From the NCBI RefSeq assembly GCF_009914755.1, contig NC_060944.1: a stretch of 64,000 nt of DNA. The stretch is one strand, 5' to 3'. This document shows, in pieces, positions 18,543 through 54,112 of this stretch (position 1 is the first letter of the stretch; the number at the start of each line of letters is the position of its first letter). The position numbers were made by a program, and so were the translations under genes. The stretch comes from the human T2T-CHM13v2.0 reference genome, Homo sapiens. The notes under the pieces were generated by a model that worked only from the letters and a program-made list of their open reading frames with translations, was not told the DNA's origin and did no database searches.

Positions 18543-19542
18543 TGTGGGTGGCAAGCCACGCAGGTGCCAAGGCAAGAGACCGAGGGCACAAGCTGCTCCA
18601 GTATAATAAAGAAAATATATAGAATAAGAATAGTTATACTAGAAATAGATTATAGATGTGATTATATATGAATATCATTAATCATTAGTTTGTAGCATTA
18701 CTCTTTATTCCAATATTATAATAATCTTTGTTCTACAATTATAACCTAGGAAAAACCAGGCCATACAGAGATAGGAGCTGAAGGGACACGGTGAGCAAGT
18801 GACCAGAAGACAAGAGTGTGAGCCCTCTGTTACGCCCGGACAGGGCCACTAGAGGGCTTCCTGGTCTAGCAGTAATGCCAGCACCTGGGAAGGCACCCAT
18901 TACCTAGTGGACCTTGGTCTAGTGGTAGCATCAGTGCTCGGGAAGGCACCGGTTACTTAGCAGACCGAGAAAGGGAGTCTCCCTTTCCCCGGGGGAGTTA
19001 GAGAAGACTCTGCTCCACCACCTCTTGTGGAAGGCCTGACATCAGTCAGGCCCACCCGCAGCCTCCAGAGGCCTGACCATCTCCCTGTGATGCTGTGCTT
19101 CAGCGGTCACGCTCCTGGTCCGCTTTCATGTTCCACCCCGTACACCTGGCTCCGCCTTCTAGAGAGTGGTAGCAGAATTAGTAAAAGTACTAAAGTCTTT
19201 GAAATGCATAGAAGAAATAATGGCATAAACTGTCCTCTCTCTCCGCCTCGGCTGCCAAACAGGGAAGGGCCTCCTGTCTGGTGGACACGTGACTTGTGTA
19301 ACCTTATCTATCACTGGAGATGGCTCACACTCCTTACCCTGCCCCCTTGTCTTGTATCCAATAAATAACAGCACAGCCAGGCATTCGGGGCCATTACTGG
19401 TCTCTGTGCCTTGGTGGTAGTGGTCCCCCGGACCCAGCTGTATTTTATTCTGTCTCTTTGTCTTGTGTCTTTATTTCTACGATCTCTCGTCTCCACACAT
19501 GAGGAGAAAAAACCCACAGACCCAGTAGGGCTGGACCCGATA
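18543..19542 (+). mobile_element. LTR13-family (HERV-K13/HML-4) solo LTR inserted into an antisense Alu (~18408-19689)
   Basis: Starts tgtgggtggcaagccacgcaggtgccaaggcaagagaccgagg and ends gggctggacccgata. TSD acacc (18538-18542, 19543-19547). The Alu resumes in register on both sides. Confidence 0.85.
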
Positions 19543-19865
19543 ACACCCGGCTAATTTTTTAAAAATTTTTTGTAGAGATGAGGTCTCTCTATGTTGCCAG
19601 GCTGGTCTCAAATTCCTAAGATCAAGGAATCCTCCTCCTGTGGCTTCCTCCAGTGCTGGGATTATAGGCGTGAGCCACCATGCCTGGCCTCTTTTTCTAG
19701 CTCAGATTTTCCGGCCACTCTCACTTCTTTGTAGAAATTCCCATTACAGTTTTTGGCCCATGAGTATATTATTTATGGTAAGGAAAACCCAAAGACACAA
19801 AATAACTACACGTACCGCCTCCTAATTTATAACATGCCTCTTGTAACTTGCCTTAATCGAGCTCA

Positions 19866-22983
<3,118 letters not shown>

Positions 22984-23489
22984 CTAGGATATGAGCCAAC
23001 ATATATGCTTGTCTGAAGGGGCCACTTACCTCTTCATCTTTCTCACTGAGACTTAATTTATTAGCCTTATTCTGTACATCTTAATAAAATCTCTGCTACT
23101 GTGAGGCCCTACTGGGGGCCTTTCAACAACTCTGCCCAGGCCTGGGGTCTCCTGGGGCCACAGACATTAAAAAAACACACAGAAGCAGCCAACACACCAC
23201 CCTCTGGACAGCAGAGACCAGTGCAATGCATTGCTTTTTCTCTTTGCTCCAATCTCCTTCTGTTCCTTGTCTTTCTCTCTTCCTCTTCCCATCTCTCTTC
23301 TCTCTTCTTCCCTCATCAATTCCCCTTCCCCATCCTAAGCCTTGCTAATCCTCCAGCTCCACCAGGACACTTGCCTAACAGGGTCACAACACCAGCCCAA
23401 AGAAGCACAAAGAAAGCAGGAAGGCCTCTTACCATTACCCCTGACCCACCCACCTGACCACCTTCTCTGTCCCACTCAGGCCTCCTGGG

Positions 23490-23649
23490 ATGGATGTCAC
23501 CCGCTTACTCCTGGCCACCCTGCTGGTCTTCCTCTGCTTCTTCACTGCCAACAGCCACCTGCCACCTGAGGAGAAGCTCCGAGATGACAGGAGCCTGAGA
23601 AGCAACTCCTCTGTGAACCTACTGGATGTCCCTTCTGTCTCTATTGTGG
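23490..23649 (+). CDS. ASIP: Agouti signaling protein, first coding exon (signal peptide; exon starts at 23480)
   Basis: [53 protein letters not shown]. Acceptor ctcag|G at 23479|23480, donor G|gtaagt, 160 coding nt. Confidence 0.99.
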
Positions 23650-24330
23650 GTAAGTCACCTAGCCTCTGGGCTCTGGCCCAGGAGAGGGGCTGCAGGAGAT
23701 CAAGCATGCTTCCCAGGGTGCTACCAGGATCCACCGCCATGGTCACGGCTCCTTCTTGCTCGTTCCAGGAAATAATCCTGGGAGAATAAGGTGGCCCTTG
23801 ACTCATTTGGTTTGGGAAAGCTCTGCATGCCACCAGTCTAATAAGCAGCTTAGCATATGGTAGAGGCTCTGAAAGGCCTGAAGTTAAGACACTTGGTGAA
23901 CTTTGTTTAATTTAGCATTTCTGAAACTTAATGAATCACAGAACTCCTGTCAACAGTAACAAACTTCAGGAAATGCTCCAGAACATATGCAAGTCTGGGA
24001 TGGACCAGTCCTGTCATGTCAGGGTTGGGAATGAAGGCTCAGGGGAAAATATGAGGGGCACTGGAGCCTGGCATTGGAGATCTGGTTTGACTTCACCTGA
24101 TAATAATCATAGACATACTGTGTGGTAGGCACTGTGAGGTGAGTATGGTCTTTATTCATATTTCACAGTTGAGGAACTTGAGGCTTAGGAGAATTAAGTA
24201 ACTAGCACGGATCACACAGTTTTTAACTGGCAAAGCCAGAATTCAAAATCAGGTACTTAACTCCAGAACCTAAGCTCAAAACTAATATCTCTTACTACCT
24301 CGGCTTTTGCTAGGAAACGAGGATATTTGA

Positions 24331-25268
<938 letters not shown>

Positions 25269-25946
25269 CTACACATATCAGACAGGGAAGGGAGGAACAT
25301 CAACATTTATTGATCTTCAGTGTAACAGACTTTTCACTTTATAAACAGACTTCATTTATCCTCAAGACAATACTGCAAGGCAGATATTATGGAACCTTTT
25401 TTGCAGATGAAAAAACTGAGTCTCATGGAGGATAAGTAAGTTACCCACAGCCACATAGTCATTATATTGGCAGAGTCAGGATTCAAATCAGGTCCTCCTG
25501 GCTCCAGAGCTCTCAGGAATGGAAAATAGGAAACACAGGTGCATCTGTGTACAAGACAGGAGTCCATTTTCTGGGTATCACAATGTTCCTGTGCCTGCCA
25601 CAATGGAGATGAAGGAAGGGGCACCTGGGGTGGCTCTGAGTGGCCCAAGCTCACTTAGGTCGAGGGACCAGGCCCCACAAGAGTGTCACAGGCAGATCCC
25701 AGTGCCTGCTTGGATTTCCCATTTGCCTTCCCTCAGAGGACACGTTGCTATCAGTGCCTGGCTCCAGGTCAGTAGCCGGGCTAACAAGAACCTACTGGCT
25801 TGAGTCCTACAGTGTGACTCATCCAGCACGCTTCTTCTCCTCTCCCTGACCTTGTGACTTCCCAAGCCCCCTCTGCCCCTCTCACTTCACTGCAGCTCAA
25901 CGTCCCCAGAAACATCTGACTTTGCTCCTTTTGTCTCTCTTTGAAG

Positions 25947-26008
25947 CGCTGAACAAGAAATCCAAACAGATCGGCAGAAAAGCAGCAGAAAAGAAAAGAT
26001 CTTCTAAG
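25947..26008 (+). CDS. ASIP: Agouti signaling protein, second coding exon (basic region)
   Basis: (A)LNKKSKQIGRKAAEKKRSSK. Polypyrimidine tract and ttgaag| acceptor, AAG|gtaagg donor, 62 nt, phase consistent. Confidence 0.98.
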
Positions 26009-26295
26009 GTAAGGGCAGGGAAGTTCTGGGAGTTCTCATTGTTGGGGTGAGACTGGACTTAAAGAAGGAGGACCCCCAACCTCTGGCTAGGAACTAAATG
26101 AAAGATTTTTCAGGCCTATATTAACAAAAGAAACTGAAAGCTACTAAAGACTTCCTGGCTTGAGCTCTGAGCCAGACACCCACAGAAGCCCAGGGAGCTG
26201 AAGTCCACTGAGCAAAATAGGTTACGAAAAGCAGCTTCCTCTACTAGTTAGCCCCTGCCTGAAATTTCACCATCACTCATACTTTTGGATGAATG

Positions 26296-29995
<3,700 letters not shown>

Positions 29996-30469
29996 GACTG
30001 AGGCATTGCTGAAATGCACACCTTATTCCTGTCTTAGTGTGCCTCAGTTTATCATATCAACTGTAACCAAAGCAAGGAGCACTGGATTAGGTATTAGGAG
30101 GTAGGATCTGGCACTGTGTGATCTTGAAAGTCCCTGCTCTTTTCTAGGCCTATTTTGTTGGCTGTAAAGTGAACAAGCAAGATGAGATTATTGACAGATA
30201 AAAATATATAACTGACAAATATATTTATATGCTAAGCACTGGGAACATAGCAGTGAATAAGAAAGATATATCTTATCCTTGGTCTCATGGAGTTTACATT
30301 CTTGTGGAGAAAACAGGTGAACAGCAAGTAAATCAATAAATAGGTAAATAAATTCAGATGTTAAAGAGTGCAAAGAAATTACAGCACGGTAATGAGACTG
30401 AAGGGAAGAGTGGTCTGGGAAGGCCTCTGTAAGGAAGTAGCATTTAAATAGAGTGAAAAACTCAGTAAC

Positions 30470-31330
<861 letters not shown>

Positions 31331-32105
31331 AAACCAGTGGCTATTTCCTTCCCAGGAAAAGAAGCAGCAAGCTGTGGCAGCAGTGTCCAAGACAGCTCCT
31401 GCTGGGTTCCTGCAGCAGGAACTCACCTGCTGCGTTCGGTGCACAGCGGGGCAGCGAAGTTAACAGGGGTCGGAGAGGCAAGCAAGGGCCAAATCTCAAA
31501 GGCCAAAAGAAAGTTCATGTTTCATTTTAAGTTCAAAGAGAAACCACTTAGGCCGGGCGCGGTGGCTCACGCCTGTAATGTAAACCCAGCACTTTGGGAG
31601 GCCGAGGCAGGCAGATCACTTTAGCTCAAGAGTTTGAGACCAACCTGGACAATAAGTGAGACCCCGTCTATAAAAACATAGAAAATAAAATAAAAATAAA
31701 TTTAGCCAAGCGTGGTGGTGCGCACATGTGGTCCCAGCTACTTGGGAGGTTGAAGTGGCAGAATCGCCTGAGCCCGAGATCGAGATTGCAGTGAGCCGAG
31801 ATCGCGCCACTGCAGTCCAGCCTGGCTGACAGAGTGAAACCCTGTCTAAAAAAAAAACAAAAAACAAACAAACAAAAAAAACACAAACTAGGGAGAAGAC
31901 GACCAGGGCCAGGCAAGAGCCAGGTAAGTCTGGATGGGGATGGAGGTGAGGGAATCTGACTGGGGGAGCGGGCGGTGGGCGGTGGGCAAGCCAGCGGGGA
32001 AACCTCTGGTCCGGGATCTCCCTAGCCCGAGGAGCTCCCAGGCAGAGGTGAGGACCGGAGGGGTGGGCGTGGCCGGCTCATAAAGCCCCGGCGTTTCCCA
32101 CGCAG

Positions 32106-32282
32106 AAGGAGGCTTCGATGAAGAAAGTGGTGCGGCCCCGGACCCCCCTATCTGCGCCCTGCGTGGCCACCCGCAACAGCTGCAAGCCGCCGGCACCCGC
32201 CTGCTGCGACCCGTGCGCCTCCTGCCAGTGCCGCTTCTTCCGCAGCGCCTGCTCCTGCCGCGTGCTCAGCCTCAACTGCTGA
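32106..32282 (+). CDS. ASIP: Agouti signaling protein, third coding exon (Cys-knot with RFF motif)
   Basis: [61 protein letters not shown], 10 Cys. Acceptor cgcag|. 160+62+177=399 nt = 132 aa + stop. Confidence 0.99.
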   Translation, partial: KEASMKKVVRPRTPLSAPCVATRNSCKPPAPACCDPCASCQCRFFRSACSCRVLSLNC

Positions 32283-32437
32283 GCGCCCCCACTCCCGGCC
32301 GCGAGCAGGCAGGGCTTCGGGGACGCGGGGCGCTTCTCGGGCGGGTGATCCCTAACAGGGCGGCTTCCCAGGGCTGCAGGCGGGCGGAGGTTCCAGGAGA
32401 TGGGACTTCAGGGAGACCTGGCTTGGGCTAAAATCGA

Positions 32438-32448
32438 AATACAATATA
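32438..32448 (+). terminator. ASIP: Likely ASIP polyadenylation signal (variant AATACA/AATATA)
   Basis: The only A-rich hexamers after the stop, followed by GU-rich ggtgtgcggctgtttctgt; no AATAAA nearby. Confidence 0.6.
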
Positions 32449-32777
32449 TATAGGCTGCTCGAAGGTGTGCGGCTGTTTCTGTAAAGGTCCCGAAAGTTCT
32501 CGGTCCCTTCGCCACGGAGTCCCGCGCTGCTCTCCCGGGGCTCAGGAAACCCGGGCGTCCCAGCCTCACAGCTGCACTCCCAGTCACCGCTGCTGCCGAC
32601 CTGGGGGTTAGGAACGAGGCTATCCCCTGCCTTTAAACCTGGGAACACCCGAGGCTGCCTCCAAAACCAGGAAATTCAGACCAGCCAGGAAGAAAGGAAC
32701 AGCCTTTCAGTCTCACACATTTCCTCCTAGGTGCTCCCCTCTCCCCAGGGGAAAAAAAAAACGGAAAGAAAGAAAGA

Positions 32778-34980
<2,203 letters not shown>

Positions 34981-35354
34981 TGAACAAGTCACTTTTGATG
35001 CTACCATTTCCACGTTTACAAAGTGAGAAGTAAATCAGTCAGAGTATTTTAGGTGCAAACAACAGAAAGAACTCTAGCTAGCTTGAGAGAAAAAAAGGTA
35101 GAGGGTTAGTCTCCTGGGGAGACTTGGGGACCTCAAAGGAAAGATTATACAACGTGCCTCCAAAAAAAAAAAAAATAGCCCCTGAGGGGTGCTAGAGGAG
35201 CCAAGCGGACAATGTCTTCCAAGCAAAGCCACAGGAATGTCAGCTCCAACCTCTTCAGTCCTTGCACTGGACCATTCAAAGTAATTCCCAGGAGAGGCTG
35301 ATTCACCTGATGTGGGGCCAAGAAAGGGTGGTCCACCTTGACTGACAGTCCCAT

Positions 35355-36340
<986 letters not shown>

Positions 36341-37731
36341 TTTTTTTTTTTTTTGGAGGCACATTGTATAATCTTTCCTTTGAGGTCCCCAAATCTCTCC
36401 AGGAGACTAACCCTCTACCTTTTTTTTCTCTCAGGCTAGCTAGAGTTGTTTCTGTTGTTTGCAACTAATATACTCTGACTGATTTACTTTTCACTTTGTA
36501 AACATGGAAATGGTAGCATCAAAAGTGACTTGTTCAGGCTGGGTGTGGTGGCTCATTGCCTGTAATCCCAGAACGGTGATCAAATGATCCACCCACCTCG
36601 ACTTCCCAGAGTGCTGGGATAACAGGCGTGAGCTGCTGCAGCCAGCCCCTCCATCTTTTTGAGCAACCACAGATCTAACATCACCAGCCATTGTTGAGAA
36701 ATTACCCCAGTCATACAGTAGGAACTTTAGAAAGAAATTTAACTCCAAGGGCCAATTCCCATTTGCGAAGAGGACAGGATAGGCAAGAAAAGAATTTAAT
36801 TTGAACTGAATTAGCCAAACCATCTGTAGTCAATTTAAGATGAGTCTAGAGTAGACGAGTTACCCTGTCTTCTTCCATGTACCAGGAGTAGAAGGTGTGT
36901 ATGTTGGGAGCGGGTATTGGGTTCAGGAAGGAGGAAAAGGAATGACTTTTGTTTAATTGGTAAAATCCTTTAAAACTGTCAAATGCTTTCATGTTCATTA
37001 CAGAAAGGAGGTTTCTATTAATTGATTGCCTGCAGAGAAATAGAAGCTCTCCCAGCTGGATATACGAGTTGTAGAGTCTGGGAGGTGGCACCTTCTAATG
37101 TGAGAATGATGATATTGACAATTATTATGCCTTCTTGTTGCCTGGGGAGCCCAGCAAATAGCTTCATTGGAGTCCAGAGGCTTTCACACTTTCCAGAGCT
37201 CCTCTTTAGAATTCGTGGACTCTATGGCTGTATAGACTACCAGAGCAATAGTAAATATTGGGCTGCTGCTCACTGCTCGAGGCCTGTGTGGTCTGCAGTT
37301 ATCATAGTGCCATACTAACAGTGATTATTTATTGAGCAGCTACTTCATGCCAGGCATGACACCAAGACTATCAAATTAACGTCTTGACCTAAGTATCACT
37401 GTAAATAAGAGAACTGGGGCTCAAAGATGTTAAGCAATGTGTCTAGATAGACCTCACACCTCAGCATGGGGATTCAGATCCAGCCCATGTCATTCCAGAG
37501 CCTAGGCCCTTAAACACCAGGCCACTGAAAACCAGGCAGAGGGGACTCTGCCTGCGTAGAGCCAACACCTTGCAAGAGACTCGGCCCAAGAGGTGTACCC
37601 AACAGACTCCCCATGTGACTCCCCAGCTCTCTAATGAGACCTTGTCAACACCACCCCAGGGAGTAGTCTCACTAGTGGAGCTTCTGGAGAGAAGCAGCTG
37701 CATCTTCTTTTCTTGGGTCAGTACTTACTCA

Positions 37732-43212
<5,481 letters not shown>

Positions 43213-43396
43213 CGAAAGAGTTCCCTCTTCACTTTACCCATTCTTTCAAGCCTAAGGACCACAGACAGCCGTTCCACTGCAGAGTACCCTGTGAATGCTT
43301 CATCAGCACGACTATAACCCCCTATTCATGGCATACATTGTTAGCAGAGGATTATCTATAAAATAAAGGCTCAAAATTCTTCCAGGCACCAAGATT

Positions 43397-43402
43397 TTTA
43401 TT
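43397..43402 (-). terminator. AHCY: AHCY polyadenylation signal AATAAA
   Basis: tttatt on the + strand about 745 nt past the stop; U-rich sequence follows on the minus strand. Confidence 0.8.
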
Positions 43403-44145
43403 TACCCACCTTCCTGCTTTCTTTTAACATTATAGGCCAAATTATTCTCTTTTTGACCCAGGGTTGTGAAAGGAACCATCTGGTTATAAAGTGGTGGCAG
43501 ATTTCACGAAATCTGCCTGCATTCATGTTTTTCTGGCCCCTCTCAACCCCTAGCTGTCACTTCTCTGTTCTTTCTCAGTTGCCCCTTAACAGTCTATTCT
43601 AACCCCTGTAAAACAGGGACTAAAAGTACTAACCTCATTGTAATGAGGTTTAAGAGAAGGCCCAGCACTAAGCCAGGCTCTCAGGAAAATTCAAACAACA
43701 GTTCCTCTTTGCCCTTCAATATAGCCCCTTCTCATCTGTCATGGGCTGAAGAACCACTGGACCTGTAAACCAAGCACACAGGTATAAGTCCACAGACCAG
43801 GTGAAGGCCTAGATGGCAAAACACATGGGCTTTGTGACTCCACTACTGACTTCCAGGCTAAGGAAGGACTGACTTAGTGAGCTGTTCCAAGACCACTGAG
43901 CTCATGGTTCCCTGTGGCTGGGACCTCCATCATGACCGGGGCTTGAAGAGGGTACTCTGTTCCCGCTGCCACATTTGGAACAGTATGACGGCTGCAGCAG
44001 AGGCCAAAAACTAAGTGATCAGCCCCAGAGAGTCGATGGGGGACACTGACAAACCAATCACAAAGTTGGTGCCATTAGCTCTTAGGGAGGAGAGGTGGGG
44101 CCTGGGCAAGGACAGCAGCTGGAGGGTGAAACGCAGACCTGGCTC

Positions 44146-44367
<222 letters not shown>

Positions 44368-44802
44368 TTAGGGTTTCTGCCATGTGTGGTACTCATGTTA
44401 ACTCTTTCTATCCTCACACCCAGCCTCAGTTAATGTGTTGTTTTGGCTGCCCAGCCCCCCTCAAAAGGGAACCATGCCACACCCTCCCCTACATGTGGCT
44501 TGACAGGACCATCAATCACATCTCCTTCCTCATTCTTCAACTCAAGCAGCTAACCAAAATGCTTCTCTGGAATTGATCTATGCACAGGACATATTTTCCA
44601 TGACAGGCAGAGACAAGGTGCTCCAACCCCACTGGGATTCCTAAACAGGGAAGGGTATCTATCAATCTCAGCTCACCAGTTCCAAGTCTATTTTACAAGT
44701 GAAATGAAGATAGATCCGAGAGACAGAAGGACAGAGCCATGATGACACGGAATCCTAGGTTTCCAGTGTTTGGATCCGAGAATAAAGTTCTTTTTTTTGT
44801 GA

Positions 44803-44958
<156 letters not shown>

Positions 44959-45134
44959 TAGTAGAGATGGGGTTTCACCATGTTGGTAAGGCTGTTCTTG
45001 AACTCCTGACCTCAGGTGTCGAACTCCTGACCTCAGGTGATCTGCCTGCCTCAGCCTCCCAAAGTGCTGGGATTACAGGCGTGAGCCACCGTGCCTGGCA
45101 GATTCGAGAATAAAGTTCTTTTTTGGATTAAACT

Positions 45135-45646
45135 GGTTGCTTTTTTTGATTAAAATGTATCTATAAATTCTTTGATACTCCTTTAAGAATTAGAGCCTAA
45201 TCCCCACCGCCTCCCCCCACCCCACCGAGTGATTCCTTTCTAATGAATAGAAGAAAGCAGAAGTGATGGTGTGTGACTTTGGACACAAGTTCATAGAGAC
45301 CCTGTGGCTTCCTCCTTGCTCTCCTCTGGATGACTTACTCTGGGGGAAGCCAGATGCCATCTCCTGAGGATGCATAAGCAGCCCTCTGGAGAGGCCCATG
45401 CATGAGGAATTGAGACCTCCTGTCAACAGCGATGTGAAGAGGATCTTCCAGACCCAGTCAAACCTTCAGATGATTGCAGCCCTGGCAGAAATCTTGACCG
45501 CAACCTCATGAAAGAGCCTGAGTCAGAAGCAGCCAGCTAAGCTGATCTCAAATTCTTGACCCACAGAAACTGAAATAATAAATATTTATTATTTGAAGCC
45601 AGTAAGTCTGGGGGTTAGAGTGTTATGCAGCAAGATAACTGATACA
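45135..45646 (+). mobile_element. MaLR LTR (MLT1F-like)
   Basis: ctctgggggaagccag...gagaggccc...gaggaattgag...gttatgcagcaagataactgataca end. Confidence 0.7.
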
Positions 45647-47256
45647 CTGGTTTGAATAGTGTTTCTATCACTTGTGACCAAAAGGATTCTAATCCACTGC
45701 CATCCTCCTTTTATAAAATGAGGAAATCAAGGTTCAGAAACGTGAAATGACGTGTCCACGGTCACCAAGCTAGTGAATGACAGAGCTAGGATTTGAACCC
45801 AGGTCTATCTGGCTTCAAAGCCCCAAAATGTGTCTCAAGCATCCCAGCTTATGGCCTCTAGAGCAGCTTTGAAGAGATTATGCAGAAACCGAGGAGGACA
45901 GAGGCAAGAGTTAAATACAAGCAAGCCTCTAACTCTCTCATGAGGTAGGCCTCTCCCTACCCCTAAGGGACCCCATCCTGTCCCATGATGGCATGGCGGC
46001 CTCTGACCACAGCTCAGCCCACAGCTTTTACATTCCCAAGTGGTTTCACATCTACTGTTTCATTAGAGCCTCCCAAACACCCTTAAGAAGTAGGATGGGT
46101 GCGGTTTATCCTTGTATCTTCAGATGAAGCAAAGAGCCTGCAGAAGGTGATGTGCTCAGCAGAGAGGCGGGCAACAGTAGGACCAGGGCCCAGCCTAGAA
46201 CTGAGTCCACGTCAGTTCCAGAGGTAGAACGATGGCCTCCAACCCCCACAGTACACATTGAAATCAACCTTCTGCTTGGCCCGGACTAGCCCAGAACTTT
46301 TCCTTCTCCCAGCACCCTGAACCAGAAGGTGTGTGTCACGTCCTAAGGTCAACACCTTGGACAGACAGAGCTAGGTTCTATTCCTGGCCTGATACTTAAC
46401 ATCTGTGAGAGCAAGTCGGTCTCTACACCTGACTTTCCCCATTCGCAGGATGGATGGATCACTCATCTCTCAAGGCTGTTACAAAGATCAGTGCTACTCA
46501 GAGTCATTCGTGCAGTAGGTGACTTAATAAATGGTGGCTGCCTTCTCTGTCATTGTTGACCAAGGTACCTAGTCCCTTGCCTGCATACAGCATGTGAGGC
46601 ATGATGCCAAGAGTGTCCTGTCCCCAAGCCACATGTTAGCAATGATGAAGAAAAGTGGTAAGGACAGGGTCAGGTGCTGAGGCGGGAGCTTTGCCTCTTT
46701 CACTTCCAACCCTGCCCTCATTTCAAAGCCTGACCAATTTCTCACCAAACTCATAGCCATATTTCTCCCAACTGGGATTAGATGGGGATCAAGTGAGAAT
46801 CTTTCAACCCCACAACCAGCTGCACAGAACAAGGTATGCCTTGAGGTCCTTATGGGTAAAATGTTTGGTCCAGCAAGACATTGCTCCAGGGAGATTAGTT
46901 GTTGGCTGGCCCTGGAGGCAGATGCCCCAGGCCTCTTCCTGCGTCTTCCTCAATTGGTAGAACCAGCCTTTCAAAAGATGAAGGGATGGTATGTAGACCC
47001 CATCACAGCTTCTCCAGCAGCAAAAGGCTGGAAGAGCAAGAGCTACTCTTACCATTTAGCTCATAAGGAGACTGAGGATTGGACAGGGTAAGGGACAAAG
47101 CAAAGTTCACCTGTAAAACTGCCAAGAAAAGCCAGGACTAAAACATCTGTCCTGACCCCAGGGAAGGGTGGACTGCATGGGGTGTTAGGGTGAGCACTGG
47201 ATTTCATGTCAGAGGACTTCATCTTCATGAGTATGCAGACCATACAACCATAGTGA

Positions 47257-47714
<458 letters not shown>

Positions 47715-47827
47715 TGAAATCAGGAGTTCGAGACCAGTCTGGCCAATATGGCAAAACCCCGTCTCTACTAAAAATACAAAAAAATTAGCCAAGTGTGGTG
47801 GCATCTGCCTGTAATCCTAGCTACTCA

Positions 47828-47926
<99 letters not shown>

Positions 47927-48472
47927 CTATCTCAAAAAAATCAAAATCAAAATAAAATTTTAATGAGTTGCCTGTATTTGAAAATCATTTTGTATAGAGA
48001 TCTTGGTATCTCTGGCTCTCCTGAAAGGTTAGAAGCCCTGGTCAGACGGACCTGGGTTCCTAGGTGGCAACCAGCCCTTTACCCCTTCAGCTCTTCCAGT
48101 CCTTGTTCAGCTGGCATCACTCATTTACCTGCCTAGCCCCTGTGGGTGTGTGGGTTCATGATCTCAGGAAATCCTCACAATCCTGAAGGGGGTTGCTATT
48201 ACCTTCATTTCACAGATGAGAAAATGAAGACAGAGAAAGAATTTGCCTGGATTACACAGCCTGTAAGTGGTGGGGCTGAGATTCAAACTGGGGTGTGTCC
48301 CGCTCCAAGGCCCAGGCTCTCCTCACCACCTGGTCCTGCCGCTCTGCTGTGCTCCAGGGAGCCACTCCCTACTGTGGGTCTCAGTTTCTTCTTCTGTCAA
48401 TGGGGAGAATGACTTCTGCACTGTAGAGGACCCCATGAGGGCCTCTAAGAGGGCAGACAGGCAAGCACTTTA

Positions 48473-48745
<273 letters not shown>

Positions 48746-48928
48746 CTACACGCAGGCAGGGCAACAGTGAAGGCAGGCAGGGCCCCGCTCCCACAGCCCA
48801 CCCTCTGATCTGGCAGGCCTCTCTGCCTCCAACAGTGCCCATGAGGAGTCCGAACTGCTCCAAAACAACCTCCAGCACATGGCTTAGCACAAAAATAACA
48901 GCCAATATTTATTAAGAAATGTTAAGCT

Positions 48929-53197
<4,269 letters not shown>

Positions 53198-53439
53198 TAG
53201 CTAGAGTGATCTTTCTAAAACTACAGCCTCACCACATACAGCTCACCTGCCTGATACCTTCAGGGATGCCGGCTGCCCACAGGATAAGGTTGCCACGTCT
53301 GGCTGGCTCTGATGCTAGGCCCTCTTCTCCCCATCCCCCTGCACAGGTTGCCACCATCTCCTCAGCTCTCCTCCCTGGCAGCCAGCACTCCTCTGCACTC
53401 CCATCTGCCCAGCCCACTGGCAAGGCGGGAGCTTCTCAC

Positions 53440-53557
53440 CTGCGGCTTGATGTTCACCTTCTCCACGGCGTTCTCGTTGAGCCACTTGACATCGATCTCC
53501 ACGTCAAAGTGTCCAATGTTACACACAATGGCATCATCCTTCATCTGCTCAAAGTGC
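53440..53557 (-). CDS. AHCY: Adenosylhomocysteinase exon 8
   Basis: [39 protein letters not shown]; 118 nt. Confidence 0.99.
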
Positions 53558-53657
53558 CTGTCAGGCAGCCCAAGACCGTGGGAGATTGTCAGGGACAGAA
53601 AGCTGTCCCAACTCTGCCCTCCTCCCTCACTCCCCGGGACCCCCCATCTGGCACCTA

Positions 53658-54112
<455 letters not shown>

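Larger units (their letters stand above)
31950..32660. promoter_or_regulatory. CpG island over the ASIP terminal exon
   Basis: Visibly high GC and dense CpG, with GC boxes (GGGCGG), against CpG-poor flanks. Confidence 0.85.

Noticed and set aside
23650-23789. Extension of the ASIP ORF to 99 aa in the ORF track
   Set aside because: Read-through past a strong G|GTAAGT donor into the intron
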